From Vicugna vicugna (taxonomy: Eukaryota), in NCBI GenBank assembly GCA_013265495.1, contig MU058039.1, forward strand, positions 932,591 to 996,590: a stretch of 64,000 nucleotides of DNA, written 5' to 3'. Numbering within the stretch: position 1 is the stretch's first letter; each line of letters begins with the position of its first letter. A program made the translations under genes and the position numbers. Below the pieces are notes generated by a model that was not told the origin of the DNA, ran no database searches, and was given only the letters and a program-made list of their open reading frames with translations. This document shows, in pieces, positions 56,411-64,000 of the stretch.

Positions 56411-58620
56411 TGATTCTGCCACACCTAGTAAGTGAGTCAGTTTAACTAAAGCTCTCTTAGAAGTGTATTTTTGCTTCTCTCTTTTCACGGAAAGAAGTCA
56501 CCACGGATGTTTTTTTCAGACCAGAACATTTAGACAAGCACCAAGCCCATTCTCTCTAACTTTTCCATTAATGACATGCCTTATGAGTTTCCGACCCTCT
56601 CTCTCCATCTTTCCTCCTCCTGCCTTTCCTCTTCTCTCTCCTCTAGTCTCCAGGGCGCTCTCTGTGATGTACTGTCTGTCAGCCTCTCAGCCTATCTCCT
56701 CAGCACCTGCATCACAGGAGGTGATGTAACGGCTGTGACTGAGCTGAGCTTGTAGTGGGAGAGGGTCTCCAGGCCCCTGGGTCTCAGGGAAGCCTGAGGG
56801 AGGGAGATGGGAAAAGGCTCTGGCACTGGTATGGGGGATGGTTAATGCCAACAATAACACCTACAAACACAAAGGAAAGGCTTCTGAAGCAAATCATAAA
56901 AACTCATAAGTCAGAAAAAGGATGCATCTGGTAACATCCAAATAAAGATATCTTTTGATGAGGCCGCCATGGAACAAATACCAGATGACAGAGAGGAAAA
57001 ACTGTATTTAACATGTCTAACATCAAGGGGAAATTAATCTCTGGAATGTAAAAGGAACAACTACAAGTCAGCAAGGAAAAAAAGACAGCAACTGAGATAG
57101 GAAAATGGGCAAAGAGGATGATCAGGTGTTGATGAGCTCCAAAACTCTAACCAGCACCTGAGAAAATGCTAGAAATTACTGGTAAGAGATCAGGTAAGTG
57201 CAAGTTGAAACAACAGTGAGTCATCCTCTTGATCTGGCAAAAATTAGAAGTTGGAAGATGCCAAGTGGAGGTCGGGGCTGGAGGGACCTAGGAACCCCTC
57301 ATGTGCTGATAGCGGACAGCCACTCTGAGGGCCACTTGGCACCACATAGTCAGATTAAGTGTCTGTGTGGAGCTATGACCTAGCAATTAGTTCCTGGATG
57401 TGCACACTGAGACGTTCCACTGGGGGACATACACAAGGATGTTCACTGCAACGTTATTTTGGGGGAGCTAGACAGTAGACAGAAGGGGACAGTCACCAGG
57501 GAGGCCTGAAAAGCCCCCACAGCCACAGACCAGGTGTCCACAGAGCAACATGGGTAGATCCTAAAACACATAATGATGACTGACCAAAAAAGAAACACTA
57601 TTAATATCTTATGATATAATGCACAATGACACAGAATAGTTTAATTTCTATATACAATTCTAAAGAAAAATTTACTATTAATATACAAGTGTGTATTATA
57701 TAGTGTGTAATAGATAAACATATAATTGTACTATACAATATAATTATATTAGCCTAAATATCTCCTTATATAATCATGTATTGTATAATTCAATAATATG
57801 GCACGAACTTACGTGCCATATATTACAGCTGTATCACTAAGGCAATATTTAACTGTGTAACAGGTGGCAACCTATTTAACAACATTTTCCATATAGTTTT
57901 ATTGAACTGCAAGATACTGTTTTGTAGAACTTAATAGACACCATGACATCTTAATAATTTTAATAGATTCGTGTATCAATCAGTCACCATGTGGTAACTT
58001 ATCAGTTTCCTCATAGAAGCTTCTCCACAACCCCAGGACGTGGGGACTATTCCAAATTAGTCTGGTTGACAGATGAAGAAACTGAGGCACAGAGGCACAA
58101 ATTTGTCTGCTTGGCAGGAAGCCCAGGTGTGTGTGGCATCCTGCATCCTCCAGACCCCACAGCTGCCTGTTTTAGGAAATTGCAGAGGCCTCTGTCCAGC
58201 TCCCCAGAACCCAAGCCTCTTCCTGCTCCCCTCTTCCCCCAGGCAGCCAGGAGCAGGGAAGAGCTGGTTGCCCCTCTCAGGGCTCCCCTATTAAAAAGCC
58301 CAGGGTGCTCGTCTGCATAAAAGGGGGCCCAGATAGTGGCCCTGGGTGGCTCAGGAAGCCCCTGGGGAGACAGAGGGTTAGAATTTTGAAGGGTGGGGCT
58401 TGGCCTTGGTGCAGTAGCTTTTGGTTATAATTAAGAGATTTTATGCAAATATGGAGACACTAAAGGGGAATGGTTAAGAACCCTGGCTCTAGCTTCAAAT
58501 GCCTGGCTCAGCCTCTGTATGACTTTGAGGAGGTCATTCCATCTCTTTGTGTTCAACGTGCCTCATCTGGAAAACGGGCACCACAAGAGTACTGATTTCA
58601 CAAGATTACTGTGAGAACTA

Positions 58621-58973
58621 CAGTTTTCCCTCAGCATCTGCGGGGGCTTGGTTTCAGATCCCCCTCGGATACCAAAATCTGTCAATACTGAAGTCTCTTA
58701 TATGAAATACTGTGGTATTTGCATATAACCCATACACATCCTCCCGTATACTCTAAGGCATCTCTAGATTACTTATAATACCTAATACAAAGTAAATGCT
58801 GTATAAATAGTTCTACACTCAATGAAAATGCTGTAGAAATAGTTGCCAGCTTGTGACAAATTCAACTTTTGCTTTTTGGAACTTTCTGGAATTTTTAAAA
58901 AATATTTTTGATCTGTGGTTGATTGAATCCACAGGTGGGGGACCTACAGATATCGTGAGGGGCTGGGCAGCTG
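58621..58973. mobile_element. MER2-like (Tigger/TcMar) DNA transposon fossil
   Basis: TA|CAG...CTG|TA termini, about 350 bp, internal ggataccaaaatc...tttgcatataacc...tctctagattacttataatacctaataca. Confidence 0.8.
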
Positions 58974-59251
58974 TACTTTATTTATTCAAGTCGTGTCCTT
59001 AAAACTAAGTATAGTAAGGACCACACATTTTTATTTCCTCCTCTAAACAATGTTAATAAAAGCAGGATTGTTGTAAGAACTAAATGAGTTGCAGTGAAAA
59101 GATCTTAGCTCAGAGCCTGAAATTTGGCAGGTGTGCAAAAGACATTTGCTACAGCTATTGTCCCCACCTCATCAGTTTTTATAATAATGATGACAATGAT
59201 GATGATGCTAGCAACACTTACATCACATTTACTATGTATCAATACAGTTTT

Positions 59252-59900
59252 TAAAATATAATTTTTAAAGGTTACTTTCCATTTACAGTTATTGCAAAAT
59301 ACTGGCTATCTTTACCATGTTGTACAATATACCCTTGAGTCTATCTTATACCCAATAGTTTGTGCTTCCCACTCCCTCACCCTTTTATTGCGCGCCACCC
59401 CCCATGCCAGTAACCACTAGTTTGTTTTCTATATCTGGGAGTCTGCTTCTTTTTTGTTATATTCATTAGTTTGTTGTATTTTTTAGATGCTGTAAGTGAT
59501 ATCACATAGTATCTGTCTTTCTCTGTCTGACTGTTTCACTTAGAATAATGCTCTCCAAGTCCACCCATGTTGCTGCAAAATTTTGCTCTTCTTATGGCTG
59601 AGTAGTATTCCATTGCATGTAAATACCACATCTTCTTTATCTAGTCATCTGTCAATGGACACTTAGATTGCTTCAGTATCTCGGTAATTGTAAATAATGC
59701 TGCTATGAACACTGAGGTGCATGTATCCTTTTGAAGTAGTGTTTTGGGGCTTTTTTTTTTTTTTTTTTTTTATTATTTTTTTGTGGTTTTTTTTTTTTTT
59801 TTTTTGATATATACCCAAGAGTGGAATTGCTGGGTCATATGGTAGTTCTATTTTTATTTTTTTGAGAAACCTCCATACTGTTTTCCACAGCAGCTGCACC
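59252..59900 (-). mobile_element. L1 3' fragment (ORF2 C-terminus plus 3'UTR) inserted in a MIR
   Basis: Translation [28 protein letters not shown]; near-perfect TSD tgtatcaatacagtttt (59235-59251) / tgtatcggtacagtttt (59901-59917). Confidence 0.9.
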
Positions 59901-60299
59901 TGTATCGGTACAGTTTTAAGTGCTGTAAATAAATGATCTCATTTAATCCTTGCAGCAGCCCCATGTCTGATATTAACAGCAGGTACTATTAATATCTTCC
60001 TTCCCAGTTGAGGAAACTGAGGAACAGAGAGGCAAAGTGACTTGTCCAAAGCTATACAAAAGAGTGGCAATGCAGGGAATCGGATCCAGTCTGGCTCAGA
60101 GTCCTTATTTTAAATTACTATATGGGGTGTTTTTTAAAGCCGAGAGACTTGGTGTGCATCCCGGCTCTGCTCTATAATATCAAAGCAGGGCCTTTTCCAC
60201 TCGGAGCCTCAGTTCTCTGTGAAATGGGAGAATGATGGCATCTTCCTTACCGTGAAGAGGGAGAGAGGGTAGCTACTTTCTAGACACTCCCCCTACAAA

Positions 60300-60589
60300 G
60301 CTCACCCCTACCCCAACGCGCATCTTTGGCCAAGGTTTGCGGTGTGTGGGCGGGGCTCCGTCAGAGGGGCGTGGCCTTGGTCGTCCTGGGCCAATGGGGA
60401 TGGGGGGCGGGGACTTCCTCCCAGCTCTGTCCAGCATCCGAGTCCTCTTCGCAGTTCCATCTACCCTGCGGGTGCCTCTGGCGTCCCCAGAGGTCTCCGA
60501 CCCCACCCCGCCCCCAGCCCACCCGCCCAGGCTGAAGTCCCTTCCTCCTACTCCCCGGCCTCAGCCCCTGCCCCTCGGGCCTCGACATC
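60300..60589 (+). promoter_or_regulatory. RYR1 TATA-less promoter and 5'UTR
   Basis: GC boxes (GGGCGGGG, GGGGCGTGGC) and CCAAT at 60391-60395 upstream of the ATG. Confidence 0.7.
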
Positions 60590-60637
60590 ATGGGTGACGG
60601 AGGAGAGGGCGAGGATGAAGTCCAGTTTCTGCGTACG
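60590..60637 (+). CDS. RYR1: Ryanodine receptor 1, coding exon 1 (gene continues beyond the window)
   Basis: ATCATGG Kozak context; MGDGGEGEDEVQFLRT followed by donor ACG|GTGCGT; expected neighbour of RASGRP4. Confidence 0.95.
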
Positions 60638-63600
60638 GTGCGTATCTCTGTGTTAGGGGGTCTCGGATGCTATCTCTCGGGTCTCTCTGAGTGTCTCTTC
60701 GCCTCCGATGTCTCCATCCTGATTGCTGATCTTCTCTGAGACTCGGGGTCTCTTCCTGTCTCCCTTTAGGTGACTGCCACTCTCTTTCTCCCTTCTTGTC
60801 TCTCTTAGAAAATCAGCAGAATTTGGGGCTACAGAATGGGGGGGGGATCTTCTGCTATCCTCTCTTCAGACATAGTGATTTATCCCAGAGAAGGGGACCG
60901 CTAAGGGAGCACCCCCCTCCCACCCCTCTGGAACTGAAAACAGGCACTTGGGGAAGGTGGTTCTAATTCCTGAGCTTAATTTAGCTGTCCCCCTCCCCCT
61001 CAGCCCTAATTCTCTTCTTGCTCCAGACTCTGACCTATTTAAATTCTTGGGAAGGGGGTTGAGGTGGGCTGGAAGACCCAAGTCCTTTGAACTCCCAGCC
61101 CTTGAGGGTTTCCTGGGGGTCCTTCTGGTTCTGGGTTCTTTCTTCCTCCACTTGGTTTTGGGGAAAAGGGGTCAAATATGACTGTTAATGGTCTCTGGGT
61201 AGTGTCCCTCCCTATCTGTCTCTGGGTTGTCTGTGTCTTTGTCTCTCTCCATCTCTGTCTCCCTGTCTCTGTCTCTGGCTTTGTTCTTTGGCTTCAGGCT
61301 CTCTGCGTTTCGCTCTGCGTCTCCAGCTCTGTATCTCCCTCATCTCTGATTCTCGGCTTGGGGGCAGGGATGGGAATTGGAACAACAGGTGTCCCTCCCA
61401 GAATAGCCTGCTTTTCTGGGGCCTGGGCAGGGGACAGGGAGAGGATGGGGGGAGGGGCTGCCCATCTCGGAGTCCTTCCCAATTTTCCCTCCCAGTGGTT
61501 CTGCAGGGTGTGGGGGTGTGAGTATGGGAGGGGGTCTTCTCCCTTGTGGGGCAGCTCTGCTGACCCTGCACTAGCCCCTCCCAACCCTGCTGAGCCCTGG
61601 GAAATGCTGACACAGCATTCCAGCCCCAGAATAGGACCATGGTGAGCTGGGTCTGGTTTCCTGGGAGGGAGGAACGAACAGCTGGGGCTGGTAGTGAAGG
61701 ATAGGGACAGCTGGACATTCAGCCATGGGAGGAGGCCTAGCTTCACCCTAGACTCTTGCCCCAGCTCCAGCCCCTTAGCAGACACCATGGGTTGGGCTCT
61801 CCCCTCCTCCCCAGCCCTAGTAAGACCATGGCCACGGCTGTCAGCTCCTGAGCAGCCACTCTACGTCAGGCCCCATGCCCAGGGCCTCAGCCTCCTGAGG
61901 TATCTAATTATATCTTCGCTGCCCTATCTTCTGAGGTAGGGCCCTATCTTTATCTCCCTGGGAGATTTGAGGGAAACCGAGGCCTGAGTGGTCGAGTGGC
62001 TGACCAAGGTCAAGGCCAGGAAGTGGTGCCCCTGGGGCTCAGCCCTCCTGATTTCACAAGAGAAAAACTGGGCTCAGACTTGCCAACACAGCTAGTATTG
62101 GGTTCTAGAGGCCTGGCCTTGACATCTCTTGGCTCCAGACTATGTCTGTTTTCTTGAACTTTGTTGAGGTTATGTGGTGGTTTTCTCAAACTTTTTGGAT
62201 CTTATCCCACCAGGAAGAAGTGTATTTTATACTGCAACCTGGGACATCACATACGCATATGTAAATTATAAAAAGTCAACTTTATTGAGCTCGAATTGAC
62301 ATGAAATAAATTGTACACATTTTAGGTGTTAGAGTTAACTAACTGTACATACCCATGTAACCACCATCATAATCAAGACATAAAACGTTTCCTTTATGTC
62401 AGAAAGTTCCCTTTGGCTCTTTGCAGTAATCACCCTGCCCATCAGCTATGTCATCAGAATCCTTTAGTCATTTCTAGTGTTTCATAGAAAATATATTCTC
62501 ATTTGTCTTGCTTCTTTTGCTCAGTGTAATACTTTTGACATTCAGCTATGTGACATGTATCAGTTGTTCATTTCTTTTTGTTGCTAGGTAGTATTCTATT
62601 GTGTGAATATGCCAGTTTGTTTATCAGTTCACCTGCTGATGGACATTTGGGTTGCCTCCAATTCATGCTATTATGGACGAATTAGGTGCATTCACACACA
62701 TCTAGTTTTAACCAAAACAAGTTTCATAAAAGGTAGCTCTTAGAACACAAAGGGGATGCTGCTATTTTCTGTTCTTGCTCTACTGTTTTTTTCACTTCTT
62801 CAGCATGGTAGCCATGGCCCCCCAAATTCACTTTATTTCCTTTTGATGGGTGATGACCCTCCAGCCCTTCCCAGGCTGGGGTTCCTCAAGGCATGGCCCA
62901 TGTCAGAACCTCTTGGGGACTGATAAATGGTCCAGATTCCCTGCTGGCCCTGCATCTACTGAATCAGGCCCTTGGTGTTGAGGGGGAGACCAAGGCAGCA
63001 AGGAAGCTGCATTTTTAACCAGGCACCCCTGCTTCATTCTGATGCGGGAGAAAGTTAGAGAATAATTGGTGTAGGGATTAGTCTCCCTGGCTCTGATTTA
63101 TATTTTGGTTTTTGCCATTTGTCTGCTTCCTAACTTTGGGAAGTGATTTTTATTTTTCTTTCTGAGCCTTAACTTCCCAGTCTGGAAAATGGGGACAAAA
63201 ATATGCACCATAAGGATTCAAGAGGTTTATGCAAATATCTCTTGAGCTCATCTTCTCCCACTCCTGATGATGGCACCACCATGCTGTCTCCCTCACTGTT
63301 CTCAAATGCCCTCGGCTCCAGGCCTTTGCACAGGCTGCCTCCTCTTCCTGGAACGTTCTTCCTCCAGAAATGATCAGGTCCGATTCCTTCTCGTTATTCA
63401 AACAAGGCTCAGCTCAAATGTCACCTCCTTGGAGAGGCTGTCATTTTACCCACCTCACTGATGTCATCTCTACCCCAAAAGCTACCCTCTTACATCACCC
63501 TGGGTTATTTTTTCCATAACACCCATCACTGACATTAAAATTATAAATCTATTCACCTATTCATTGAGTCTCCTCCCACACCAGGATGTCAGCTCCGTGA

Positions 63601-64000
63601 GGATAGGGATTTTGTCTGCTTTATTCGCTGCTCTGTATCCCATACCTAGATCAGTGTCTGGCATGTAGCAGATGCTCAGTCAGTGTCTATCAGATGAATG
63701 CACAGCTCTGAGCATGAGGCATAGCAAACAGTAAGTGCTTCATAAATGCAAGCTATATGGTCCCAATGAATACACAGCATATGCCAGGATGTCGGGGTTG
63801 GCGGTTATAAGACAGCAATTCTGGGGTCTCCTGCCCACAAGTGGGATCTCTCTCCCTCCTCCCAGTCTGGACAGAAAGAATGAGGGCTGCCTGTGTGACA
63901 GGATTTGCTGGAAGGGCTGGAGGCTGTGTGAGTTCAGGCAGGACGCCCAACCTCCTTGAACCTATTTCCTTGGCTATAAAATGGAATAATCACTGCCTTA

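Noticed and set aside
59663..59899. 78-aa Lys-rich ORF as a novel gene
   Set aside because: L1 ORF2 C-terminal remnant running into a poly(A) expansion.

Overview
GC-rich mammalian genomic DNA carrying the conserved gene block syntenic to human 19q13.2: the 3' part of CATSPERG (+), PSMD8 (+), GGN (-), SPRED3 (+), FAM98C (+), RASGRP4 (-) and the promoter and exon 1 of RYR1 (+). I reconstructed the exons by hand from splice sites and reading phase. Gene names rest on my recall of the human proteins, not on a database search. The tRNA-derived SINE and the young L1 3' end resemble camelid repeats (inference). I found no wholly new gene system, and most ORF-track hits are GC-rich shadow ORFs. The real anomalies are mostly in RASGRP4: (1) a U12 minor-spliceosome intron with non-canonical AT-AA ends; (2) an in-frame TGA at codon 651, upstream of an intact terminal coding exon, plus loss of the TQT motif; (3) an intron-1 array of ZNF143/Staf-like motifs; (4) back-to-back poly(A) signals shared with FAM98C. 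Also notable are a stop-free in-frame 5' leader in SPRED3 (candidate non-AUG N-terminal extension) and several decayed minisatellites, one of them MSR1-like.
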